Shown here in pieces: positions 10,298-18,479 of a stretch of 64,000 bases of DNA. This DNA is from an uncultured Oscillospiraceae bacterium (GTDB taxonomy: Bacteria > Bacillota > Clostridia > Oscillospirales > Acutalibacteraceae): positions 1,145 through 65,144 of the forward strand of contig USIA01000001.1 in assembly GCA_900554535.1 (NCBI GenBank), written 5' to 3'. The translations under genes were made by a program, and so were the position numbers. The stretch's first letter is position 1. Every line of letters starts with the position of its first letter. A model generated the notes under the pieces. The model was not told the DNA's origin. It was given only the letters and a program-made list of their open reading frames with translations, and did not search any database.

Positions 10298-11212
10298 ATG
10301 GCAGTTTTTCGGGTAGAAAAGAACAGCGGCTACACGGTCATGTCGAACCACCACCTGCGGAACCGGGCCTTGTCCCTGAAAGCCAAAGGTCTTTTATCCC
10401 AAATGCTCTCCCTGCCGGAAGATTGGGACTACACCCTGCAAGGGCTGGCCCGTATCAACCGGGAAAGCATTGACGCGATACGGCAGGCCATCCGGGAACT
10501 GGAACAGGCAGGTTACATCCAGCGTTCCAGAGAACGGGACGAGAAAGGGCGGCTGCGCGGTGCAGACTATGTGATCTTCGAGCTGCCGCAGCCTGTCCCT
10601 GCATCAGTTTCACCTACATTGGAAAATCCAACGTTGGAGAATCCCACGCAGGAAAACCCTACGTTGGAAAATCCAATGCAATTAAATAAAGATAAACTAA
10701 TTACAGAAAAACAAAAGAAAGAGGTACAAAATACCGATTCCATTCCTATCCATTCCCCCAACCCCTTGCCTTTGGACGAGGACGAGGCAGCGGCACCGCC
10801 GCCGGAACGGACAGGAAGCCGAAAGGAAGCGGCCTATCAAATCTACCGGGACCTGATTTTGGAGAACATCGAGTATGACACCCTCACCCAGAATCCCCGG
10901 ATAGACCGGGAACAGCTGGACGAGATCGTGGACATCCTGCTGGAAACCGTCTGTACTTCCCGCAAGTCCATCCGGGTGGCCGGGGACGATTACCCGGCAG
11001 AGCTGGTCAAGGCCAAGTTTTTGAAGTTGGACAGCCATCACATTGAGTTCGTCATGGACTGCCTGCGGGACAACACCACCAAAGTCCGCAACATCAAGCA
11101 ATACCTGCGGGCCATGCTGTTTAACGCGCCCAGCACCATCAACAGCTACTATGCTTCCCTTGTGGCGCACGATATGGCGCAGCCCGATTGGGGCCGCCCG
11201 CCCAACACCTGA
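10298..11212 (+). CDS. Phage-like replication initiator (N-terminal HTH, DUF6017-like C-terminus)
   Basis: YTVMSNHHL...LSLKAKGLL HTH N-terminus; C-terminal NIKQYLRAMLFNAP; internal ENPT repeats; ATG 10298 after AAGGAGG. Confidence 0.8.
   Translation: MAVFRVEKNSGYTVMSNHHLRNRALSLKAKGLLSQMLSLPEDWDYTLQGLARINRESIDAIRQAIRELEQAGYIQRSRERDEKGRLRGADYVIFELPQPVPASVSPTLENPTLENPTQENPTLENPMQLNKDKLITEKQKKEVQNTDSIPIHSPNPLPLDEDEAAAPPPERTGSRKEAAYQIYRDLILENIEYDTLTQNPRIDREQLDEIVDILLETVCTSRKSIRVAGDDYPAELVKAKFLKLDSHHIEFVMDCLRDNTTKVRNIKQYLRAMLFNAPSTINSYYASLVAHDMAQPDWGRPPNT
10613..10680 (+). repeat. 15-bp tandem repeats (4.5 copies) inside the rep gene; putative iterons
   Basis: CCTACATTGGAAAAT / CCAACGTTGGAGAAT / CCCACGCAGGAAAAC / CCTACGTTGGAAAAT / CCAATGCA followed by an A-rich tract. 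Confidence 0.8.
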
Positions 11213-11248
11213 CCGAAAGGAGCGTCCACCCATGAGAACCCTTTACCT

Positions 11249-11285
11249 GCGGCGGCTGGTGGTTCCACCCTAGCTGCCGCTTTTC
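11249..11285 (+). terminator. Internal terminator between rep and pcfB-like genes
   Basis: GCGGCGGCTGG/CTAGCTGCCGC stem (with G-U pairs) + TTTTT. Confidence 0.65.
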
Positions 11286-11312
11286 CGACTACTTCCCAAG
11301 GAGGGATGCTGA

Positions 11313-11783
11313 ATGCAGGAAGAAGTCACCCAGAAAACCATTGCCCTGTCCATGAAAACGGGCAAGCTCACCGCCCAAGCGCTGCAAGCCGCGCTGAAAA
11401 AATATTTGCAGCACCGGGCCAAGGGGCCAAAGCTGCACCACGGCAAGCAAAGCCTGAAACAGCTGAAAGCCCACGGCGCGGCTCTGACCAACATTGAAGT
11501 CACGGAGGCGAACATCGGGGCGTTCAAGCCCTGCGCAAAGAAGTACGGCGTGGACTTCACCTTGCGCAAGGATAAAACCACCCAGCCGCCCCATTACATC
11601 GTGATCTTCAAGGCCAAGGACGCGGACAATCTGGAACAGGCGTTCCGGGAGTTCACGGCTAAAACGCTCTCCAAGGAGCAGCGGCCCTCCATCCGCAAGG
11701 TGCTGGCAGCAGCCAAGCAGAAAGCCGCCCGGCAGCCGAAACGTGCGAAGGAAAAAATCAAGCAAAGGGGGCTGGAACGATGA
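11313..11783 (+). CDS. PcfB family (DUF3801) conjugation protein
   Basis: MQEEV..KT, GKQSLKQL, KYGVDF, FKAKDAD motifs; upstream of VirD4. Confidence 0.85.
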   Translation: MQEEVTQKTIALSMKTGKLTAQALQAALKKYLQHRAKGPKLHHGKQSLKQLKAHGAALTNIEVTEANIGAFKPCAKKYGVDFTLRKDKTTQPPHYIVIFKAKDADNLEQAFREFTAKTLSKEQRPSIRKVLAAAKQKAARQPKRAKEKIKQRGLER

Positions 11784-13585
11784 AGCCTGAATGGAAAAAG
11801 CTGCTGGTGCTGAATCTGCCGTATCTGCTGTTCGTATACCTGTTCGCCAAATGCGGGCAGGCATACCGTCTGGCAGCGGGCGCGGATGCTTCGGCAAAGC
11901 TGCTCCACCTGACGAGCGGCATCTCTGCTGCTTTTGCAAACCCGCTGCCCAGCCTGCACCCGTTTGACCTGTGCGTGGGCGTTGTTGGTGCGGTAGCTGT
12001 CCGGCTCATCGTGTACAGCAAGGGCAAGAACTCCAAGAAGTATCGCAAGGGTGAAGAATACGGCTCTGCCCGGTGGGGCACCGCCAAGGATATTGCCCCG
12101 TACATCGACCCCAAGTTTGAAAACAACATCCTGCTGACCCAGACCGAACGCCTGACCATGACCGGGCGGCCCAAAGACCCCAAGACGGCCCGGAACAAGA
12201 ATGTGCTGGTGATTGGCGGCTCCGGCAGCGGCAAGACGCGGTTTTACGTCAAGCCCAACCTCATGCAATGCTTTCCCACGTCTGATTATCCCACCTCATT
12301 CGTGGTCACAGACCCGAAAGGCACACTGGTTCTGGAAACAGGCCAAATGTTCCAGCGGGCGGGCTACCGGGTGAAAATCCTGAACACGATAAACTTTTCC
12401 AAGTCCATGAAGTACAACCCCTTTGTCTACATCCACTCGGAAAAAGATGTGCTGAAGCTGGTGAATACCCTTATCGCCAACACCAAGGGCGAGGGCGAAA
12501 AGTCAGCGGAAGATTTTTGGGTGAAGTCGGAACGGCTGTTCTACACCGCGCTTATCGGCTACATCTGGTATGAGGCCCCGGCAGAAGAAATGAACTTCAC
12601 CACCCTGCTGGAAATGATAAATGCCAGTGAAGCCCGCGAGGACGACCCAGACTTTCAAAGCCCGGTGGACCTCATGTTTGAACGGCTGGAGCAGAAAGAC
12701 CCGGACCACTTCGCCGTCCGGCAGTACAAAAAGTTTCTGCTGTCGGCAGGCAAGACCCGTTCCTCCATCCTGATAAGCTGCGGTGCCCGTTTAGCCCCAT
12801 TTGACATCCGGGAAGTGCGGGAGCTGATGGAGGACGATGAAATGGAACTGGACACCATCGGAGATGAAAAGACCGTGCTGTTTTTGATTATGAGCGACAC
12901 GGACACTACGTTCAATTTCATTCTCGCCATGCTCCAAAGCCAGCTTATCAACCTGCTGTGTGACCGTGCGGATGATAAATACGGTGGTCGGCTGCCGGTC
13001 CATGTGCGGCTGATTCTGGACGAGTTCGCCAACATCGGGCAAATTCCCAACTTCGACAAGCTGATCGCCACCATCCGCAGCCGGGAAATCTCGGCATCCA
13101 TCATTTTGCAGAGCCAGTCGCAGTTAAAAGCCATCTACAAGGATGCGGCCGAAATCATTTCGGACAACTGCGATTCTGTTCTCTTTTTGAGTGGGCGGGG
13201 CAAAAATGCCAAAGAGATCTCCGATGCGCTGGGGAAAGAGACCATCGACAGTTTCAACACCAGCGAGAACCGGGGTTCTCAAACCTCCCACGGACTGAAC
13301 TATCAAAAATTAGGAAAGGCGTTGATGTCAGAGGACGAAATTGCAATCATGGACGGCGGCAAATGTATTTTGCAGCTGCGAGGTGTGAGGCCGTTCTTCT
13401 CGGAGAAGTTCGACATCACCAAGCACCCACACTACAAGTACCTTGCGGACGCGGACAAAAAGAACACCTTTGATGTGGACAGGTTCTTATCCACCCTGCG
13501 CCGGAAGCGGCAGCAGGTGGTCGCACAGGACGAAAGTTTTGACCTGTACGAAATTGACCTGTCGGATGAAAAAGCAGCCGAATAA
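11780..13585 (+). CDS. VirD4/TraG-like type IV coupling protein
   Basis: YGSARWG, GGSGSGKT Walker A, DPKG, LDEFANIG, LQSQSQL. Confidence 0.95.
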   Translation: MKPEWKKLLVLNLPYLLFVYLFAKCGQAYRLAAGADASAKLLHLTSGISAAFANPLPSLHPFDLCVGVVGAVAVRLIVYSKGKNSKKYRKGEEYGSARWGTAKDIAPYIDPKFENNILLTQTERLTMTGRPKDPKTARNKNVLVIGGSGSGKTRFYVKPNLMQCFPTSDYPTSFVVTDPKGTLVLETGQMFQRAGYRVKILNTINFSKSMKYNPFVYIHSEKDVLKLVNTLIANTKGEGEKSAEDFWVKSERLFYTALIGYIWYEAPAEEMNFTTLLEMINASEAREDDPDFQSPVDLMFERLEQKDPDHFAVRQYKKFLLSAGKTRSSILISCGARLAPFDIREVRELMEDDEMELDTIGDEKTVLFLIMSDTDTTFNFILAMLQSQLINLLCDRADDKYGGRLPVHVRLILDEFANIGQIPNFDKLIATIRSREISASIILQSQSQLKAIYKDAAEIISDNCDSVLFLSGRGKNAKEISDALGKETIDSFNTSENRGSQTSHGLNYQKLGKALMSEDEIAIMDGGKCILQLRGVRPFFSEKFDITKHPHYKYLADADKKNTFDVDRFLSTLRRKRQQVVAQDESFDLYEIDLSDEKAAE

Positions 13586-13633
13586 TTTTTATTTTTGAGT
13601 GCCGCAGAACAAGCGGCAGAAAGTGAGAACCTT

Positions 13634-13849
13634 ATGGAATTTTTCAACAGCGCAGTCGATACTTTGCAGACGATCGTAGTCGGTCTGGGCGGTGCCCTGT
13701 GTGTCTGGGGCGGCATCAACCTGTTGGAGGGCTACGGACAGGATAACCCCGGCAGCAAGAGCCAGGGCGTCAAGCAGTTGGTCGCGGGCGGCGGCGTTGC
13801 CCTGATCGGCGTGACCCTTGTCCCGCTGCTGTCCGGGCTGCTGGGCTAA
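13634..13849 (+). CDS. Maff2 family small membrane protein (pilin-like)
   Basis: WGGINLLEGYGQDNPGSKSQGVKQL signature. Confidence 0.88.
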   Translation: MEFFNSAVDTLQTIVVGLGGALCVWGGINLLEGYGQDNPGSKSQGVKQLVAGGGVALIGVTLVPLLSGLLG

Positions 13850-13952
13850 GTCCTGCATCGCTGCCCACAATTTTCCGAACGACTAATACTTAAAATCCTA
13901 CGCCGCGCTCTCCCGCTCACATGGGAGGGCGCGGGAAAGGAGGTATCTTTGC

Positions 13953-14816
13953 TTGATTAGTGAGATCATCGAGAAATGGATAAAAGGCATTTTGATAGAT
14001 GGCATCACGGGCAACCTCTCCGGCCTGTTCGATAACGTGAACGCCAAGGTGGGCGAAATCGCTTCGGACGTTGGTTCTACCCCGCAGGCGTGGAACAGCG
14101 GCATTTTCAATATGCTGCGTAGTCTTTCCGAAACGGTAGTGCTGCCCATTGCAGCGGCCATCCTTGCCCTTGTGATGTGCCATGAGCTTATCCAGATGAT
14201 TACCGAAAAGAACAATATGCACGACTTTGACACTTCTATGTTCTTCCGCTGGATTTTCAAGTCTGCCTTTGCCATCCTCATTGTCAGCAACACATGGAAC
14301 ATCGTCATGGGCGTGTTCGATGCCACCCAGAGCGTTGTTAACCAAAGCTCCGGCGTTATCATCGGTGAAACATCCATCCACTTTGACCGCCTGATACCCG
14401 GACTGGAATTTCAGCTGGAAAGCATGACCATTGGCAGTCTGCTCAGCTTATGGTTCCAAACCCTTGTAGTGGGCCTGACCATGAACATCCTGTCTATCTG
14501 CATTTTCCTTGTAACCTATGGCCGTATGATTGAAATTTATGTGGTCACAGCGTTAGGCCCTATCCCGCTTGCCACCATGGGCAGCAGCGAGTGGCGCAGC
14601 ACCGGGCAGAATTATTTGAAGTCTTTGCTGGCACTGGGTTTCCAAGCCTTCCTGATTATGATTGTCGTGGGCATTTACGCGGTGCTGATACGCAACATTT
14701 CGGGCGCGGCGGACATTGCCGGGGCTATCTGGGGCTGCATGGGCTACACCGTGCTGCTCTGTTTCTGTCTGTTCAAGACCGGCAGCATCAGCAAGTCGGT
14801 GTTCGGTGCCCATTGA
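13953..14816 (+). CDS. VirB6/TrbL-like conjugal transfer membrane protein
   Basis: TPQAWN, multi-TM, GRMIEIY...PIPLAT motif; position in tra operon. Confidence 0.88.
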   Translation: MISEIIEKWIKGILIDGITGNLSGLFDNVNAKVGEIASDVGSTPQAWNSGIFNMLRSLSETVVLPIAAAILALVMCHELIQMITEKNNMHDFDTSMFFRWIFKSAFAILIVSNTWNIVMGVFDATQSVVNQSSGVIIGETSIHFDRLIPGLEFQLESMTIGSLLSLWFQTLVVGLTMNILSICIFLVTYGRMIEIYVVTALGPIPLATMGSSEWRSTGQNYLKSLLALGFQAFLIMIVVGIYAVLIRNISGAADIAGAIWGCMGYTVLLCFCLFKTGSISKSVFGAH

Positions 14817-14831
14817 GAAAGGAGCGTTTGA

Positions 14832-15257
14832 ATGGCGTATGTGACCGTTCCCAAAGATTTGACCCATGTAAAATCCAAAGTCTTATTCGGGCTGACCAAG
14901 CGGCAGCTGGTCTGCTTCGGCGGTGCGCTTCTCACGGGCGGGCCGCTTTATTTTTTGGCCCGGAACTATCTTTCCAACAGCGCAGCGGCCCTGCTGATGA
15001 TTTTTGCCATGCTGCCGGGGCTGCTGTTCGCCCTGTTTGAGCGGCACGGCCAGCCACTTGAAGTGGTGATTCAGCAAATGATTCAGTGTTGCTTTATTCG
15101 TCCAAAGGAAAGGCCCTATCAGACCAACAACGCTTACGCCGCCCTTGTGCGGCAATACCAAATGGAACAGGAGGTTAAGGCCATTGTCCAGAAAAACGAC
15201 ACCCCGCGAGACCGAAAAGCTCAAAAAGCTCACCCGCGCCCAGAAAAAAGAAATTGA
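14832..15257 (+). CDS. PrgI family protein (VirB3-like)
   Basis: VPKDLT.VKSKV.FGLTKRQL motif, 2 TM. Confidence 0.9.
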   Translation: MAYVTVPKDLTHVKSKVLFGLTKRQLVCFGGALLTGGPLYFLARNYLSNSAAALLMIFAMLPGLLFALFERHGQPLEVVIQQMIQCCFIRPKERPYQTNNAYAALVRQYQMEQEVKAIVQKNDTPRDRKAQKAHPRPEKRN

Positions 15258-17586
15258 TGCCGTTATCCGCAAGTACAAGGGTGACGGCAAGCCCCGCACG
15301 GCGCAGGCCACCATCCCGTATGAAGCCATCTACCCGGACGGTGTCTGCCGCATTGACCGCCGCACGTTCTCCAAGTGCATTGCCTTTGAGGACATCAGCT
15401 ATCAGCTGGCCCAGCCGGAAACGCGGACCGCCATCTTTGAACACCTGTGCGACCTGTACAACTATGTGGATGCTTCCATCCATGTGCAGCTTTCGTTTTT
15501 GAATCGCAAGGTTGACCCGGTGCAGTACGCAAAAAGTTTTGAGATCGCACCGCAGGGGGACGATTTTGACGACATCCGCGCCGAGTATACGGCCATCCTG
15601 CAAAAGCAGCTTGCCAGCGGCAACAACGGCATTGTGAAAACAAAGTACCTGACTTTCACCATCGAGGCGGACAATCTGAAAACCGCACGGGCACGGCTGA
15701 CCCGCATTGGCCTTGACCTGCTGGGCTACTTCAAGACCATGGGCTGCGTGGCACACGTCATGGACGGGCAGGAGCGTTTGGAAGTGCTGCACGGCATCTT
15801 CCACCCGGATGGCGAACCGTTCTGTTTTGACTGGAACTGGCTGGCCCCCTCCGGCCTGTCCACCAAGGACTTTGTGGCACCGTCCTCCCTCTGCTTCGGC
15901 ACGGCCAAGACCTTTGGTTTGGGCGGCAAGTATGGTGCGGTGAGTTTTTTACAAATCCTTGCGCCGGAACTTTCGGACGAAATGCTGGCCGATTTTCTCA
16001 AAACGGAAAGCGGGATTCTCGTCAATCTCCATGTGCAGGCCATCGACCAGACCGAGGCCATCAAAACCATCAAGCGGAAGATCACAGACCTTGACGCCAT
16101 GAAGATTCAGGAGCAGAAAAAGGCTGTCCGTTCCGGGTACGACATGGACATCCTGCCCAGCGACCTTGCCACTTACGGCGAGGACGCCAAAAAGCTGCTG
16201 AACAAATTGCAGACCCGGAACGAACGGCTTTTCATGCTGACCTTTCTTGTGCTGAATGTGGCCGACACCAAGCAAAAGCTGGGCAACGATGTGTTCCAAG
16301 CCGCAGGTGTGGCACAGAAGTATAACTGCTCGCTTGTCCGGCTGGACTACCAGCAGGAGCAGGGCCTTGTGTCCAGCCTGCCGCTGGGCATCAACCAGAT
16401 AAAGATTCAGCGCAGCCTTACCACCTCCAACGTGGCGGTGTTCGTGCCCTTTGTGACGCAGGAGCTTTTCCAGAGCGGCGCGGCCATGTACTACGGCATC
16501 AACGCAAAATCCCACAACATGATCATGCTGGACCGCAAGCAGGCCCGGTGTCCCAACGGCCTAAAGCTGGGTACGCCCGGCAGCGGCAAATCCATGAGCT
16601 GCAAGTCTGAAATCGTCAGTGTGTTTTTAACGACTGCTGACGATATTTTTATTTCAGACCCAGAAGCCGAGTATTATCCGCTGGTCAAGCGGCTGCATGG
16701 GCAGGTCATCAAACTTTCGCCCACCAGCAAGGACTATGTGAATCCTCTGGACATCAACCTCAACTACTCCGAGGATGATAGTCCGCTTGCCCTGAAATCG
16801 GATTTTGTGCTGTCGTTCTGTGAGCTGGTCATGGGCGGTAAAACAGGTCTGGAAGCGATTGAGCGCACCGTGATAGACCGTGCCGTGAAAGCCATCTACC
16901 GCCCCTATCTGGCGAGCCCCTGCCCGGAGAATATGCCCATCCTCTCCGATTTGCACCAAGCCCTGCTCGACCAACACTTGCCGGAAGCGGACCGGGTAGC
17001 GCAGGCATTGGACCTGTATGTGTCCGGCTCGCTGAACGTGTTTAACCACAAAACGAATGTGGACATCCACAACCGGCTTGTGGCCTTTGACATCAAAGAG
17101 TTAGGAAAACAGTTAAAAAAATTGGGGATGCTCATTATCCAAGACCAGATATGGGGCCGCGTCACCCAGAACCGCAGCCAAGGCCGGGCCACATGGTATT
17201 TTGCAGACGAGTTCCACCTTTTGCTGAAAGAGGAACAGACCGCCGCGTACAGTGCCGAGATTTGGAAGCGCTTCCGCAAATGGGGCGGCGTGCCCACAGG
17301 TGCCACCCAAAATGTGAAGGACCTTCTTTCTTCCCCGGAGATTGAGAACATTCTGGAAAACAGCGACTTCATCACGCTGCTGAATCAGGCATCCGGCGAC
17401 CGCAAAATCCTTTCGGAACGGCTGAACCTCTCCGCAGACCAGCAGAAGTACATCGACAATTCGGAACCGGGCGAAGGACTGCTGATTTTTGAAAACGTGG
17501 TGCTTCCGTTTTCCAACCCCATCCCGAAAAACACACAGCTCTATAAGATCATGACCACCCGGCTCAGCGAGGTGGTGGAGCTATGA
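15184..17586 (+). CDS. VirB4-like conjugation ATPase
   Basis: GTPGSGKS Walker A, DPEAEY, ADEFH, RKWGG; probable TTG start at 15184 after GGAGG. Confidence 0.95.
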   Translation: MSRKTTPRETEKLKKLTRAQKKEIDAVIRKYKGDGKPRTAQATIPYEAIYPDGVCRIDRRTFSKCIAFEDISYQLAQPETRTAIFEHLCDLYNYVDASIHVQLSFLNRKVDPVQYAKSFEIAPQGDDFDDIRAEYTAILQKQLASGNNGIVKTKYLTFTIEADNLKTARARLTRIGLDLLGYFKTMGCVAHVMDGQERLEVLHGIFHPDGEPFCFDWNWLAPSGLSTKDFVAPSSLCFGTAKTFGLGGKYGAVSFLQILAPELSDEMLADFLKTESGILVNLHVQAIDQTEAIKTIKRKITDLDAMKIQEQKKAVRSGYDMDILPSDLATYGEDAKKLLNKLQTRNERLFMLTFLVLNVADTKQKLGNDVFQAAGVAQKYNCSLVRLDYQQEQGLVSSLPLGINQIKIQRSLTTSNVAVFVPFVTQELFQSGAAMYYGINAKSHNMIMLDRKQARCPNGLKLGTPGSGKSMSCKSEIVSVFLTTADDIFISDPEAEYYPLVKRLHGQVIKLSPTSKDYVNPLDINLNYSEDDSPLALKSDFVLSFCELVMGGKTGLEAIERTVIDRAVKAIYRPYLASPCPENMPILSDLHQALLDQHLPEADRVAQALDLYVSGSLNVFNHKTNVDIHNRLVAFDIKELGKQLKKLGMLIIQDQIWGRVTQNRSQGRATWYFADEFHLLLKEEQTAAYSAEIWKRFRKWGGVPTGATQNVKDLLSSPEIENILENSDFITLLNQASGDRKILSERLNLSADQQKYIDNSEPGEGLLIFENVVLPFSNPIPKNTQLYKIMTTRLSEVVEL

Positions 17587-18479
17587 GCTTAACACATTTC
17601 AGCTTGTTTTCCGGCATCGGCGGCATCGACCTTGCCGCGGAAGCAGCGGGGTTTACCTCTGTCTGTCAATGCGAGTGGGCGGCATTTCCCGCCGCTGTGC
17701 TGGCAAGCCACTGGCCGGAAGTGCCCCGTTTTCAGGACATCACCACTGTAACAAAGGAGGCTTTCTTTGAAAAAACAGGACTTCGCACCGTCACCCTCAT
17801 TTCAGGTGGCTTCCCGTGCCAGCCGTTCTCCACCGCAGGGCGGCAGCGCGGCTTCCACGATGAACGCTACCTGTGGCCCGAAATGCTGCGGGTCATCCGG
17901 GAATTGCAGCCCCGTTGGGTGCTTGGAGAAAATGTTGCTGGCTTCCTCCGTATGGGGCTCGACAAAACGCTCATTGACTTGGAGCAGGCAGGTTACGATG
18001 TTCGGGTTTTCGTATTACCTGTTGCTGCCGTTGGCGCGTGGCACGAACGGAAACGGGTATTCATCATCGGCTCCGCTGCTTCCCACACCCCTTGCCAGCG
18101 ACACCGGGGATGTGGGCAAGGGGCTGGACATCCAAATCTCTGCGAACGGCAGCTACCGCAAGATGAACAAGGATGGCAAGGCATGGACGGCGCGGCTTTC
18201 CCATGTGGTCTACCGCATGACCCCCACCACGCTGGAAAGGCCCTACCTCAACCCGGACTGGGTAGAGTGGCTGATGGGTTTCCCGCGCAAATGGACGGAC
18301 ATTCCCTTTGGGCAGAAGAGCCCTCCGACATCCCGCGTCTGACCGAAGATGTACCAAACCGCAGCAAGCGGATGAAAACGCTGGGCAATGCAGTTTCGCC
18401 GCCGCAGGTGTTCCCGATTCTCAAATACATTGCGGACATTGAAACGGGCCGCTGTCCGATGGGAGGTGAAGAACCTTGA
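17583..18479 (+). CDS. C5-cytosine DNA methyltransferase, alpha polypeptide (motifs I-VIII and X)
   Basis: LFSGIGG, GGFPCQPFS, ENV, RKRVF, TLGNAV; no recognisable motif IX in this frame. Confidence 0.9.
   Translation: MSLTHFSLFSGIGGIDLAAEAAGFTSVCQCEWAAFPAAVLASHWPEVPRFQDITTVTKEAFFEKTGLRTVTLISGGFPCQPFSTAGRQRGFHDERYLWPEMLRVIRELQPRWVLGENVAGFLRMGLDKTLIDLEQAGYDVRVFVLPVAAVGAWHERKRVFIIGSAASHTPCQRHRGCGQGAGHPNLCERQLPQDEQGWQGMDGAAFPCGLPHDPHHAGKALPQPGLGRVADGFPAQMDGHSLWAEEPSDIPRLTEDVPNRSKRMKTLGNAVSPPQVFPILKYIADIETGRCPMGGEEP
17767..18342 (+). CDS. Nested alternative-frame gene: C5 methyltransferase beta polypeptide (motif IX, probable TRD)
   Basis: AAGGAGG at 17754-17760, 6 nt before TTG; encodes LLPTPLASD and LNPDWVEWLMGFPRKWT (motif IX-like). 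Confidence 0.75.
   Translation: MKKQDFAPSPSFQVASRASRSPPQGGSAASTMNATCGPKCCGSSGNCSPVGCLEKMLLASSVWGSTKRSLTWSRQVTMFGFSYYLLLPLARGTNGNGYSSSAPLLPTPLASDTGDVGKGLDIQISANGSYRKMNKDGKAWTARLSHVVYRMTPTTLERPYLNPDWVEWLMGFPRKWTDIPFGQKSPPTSRV

Noticed and set aside
10613..10680. Tandem repeats as a CRISPR array
   Set aside because: 15-bp contiguous in-frame repeats without spacers; no cas genes in the window.
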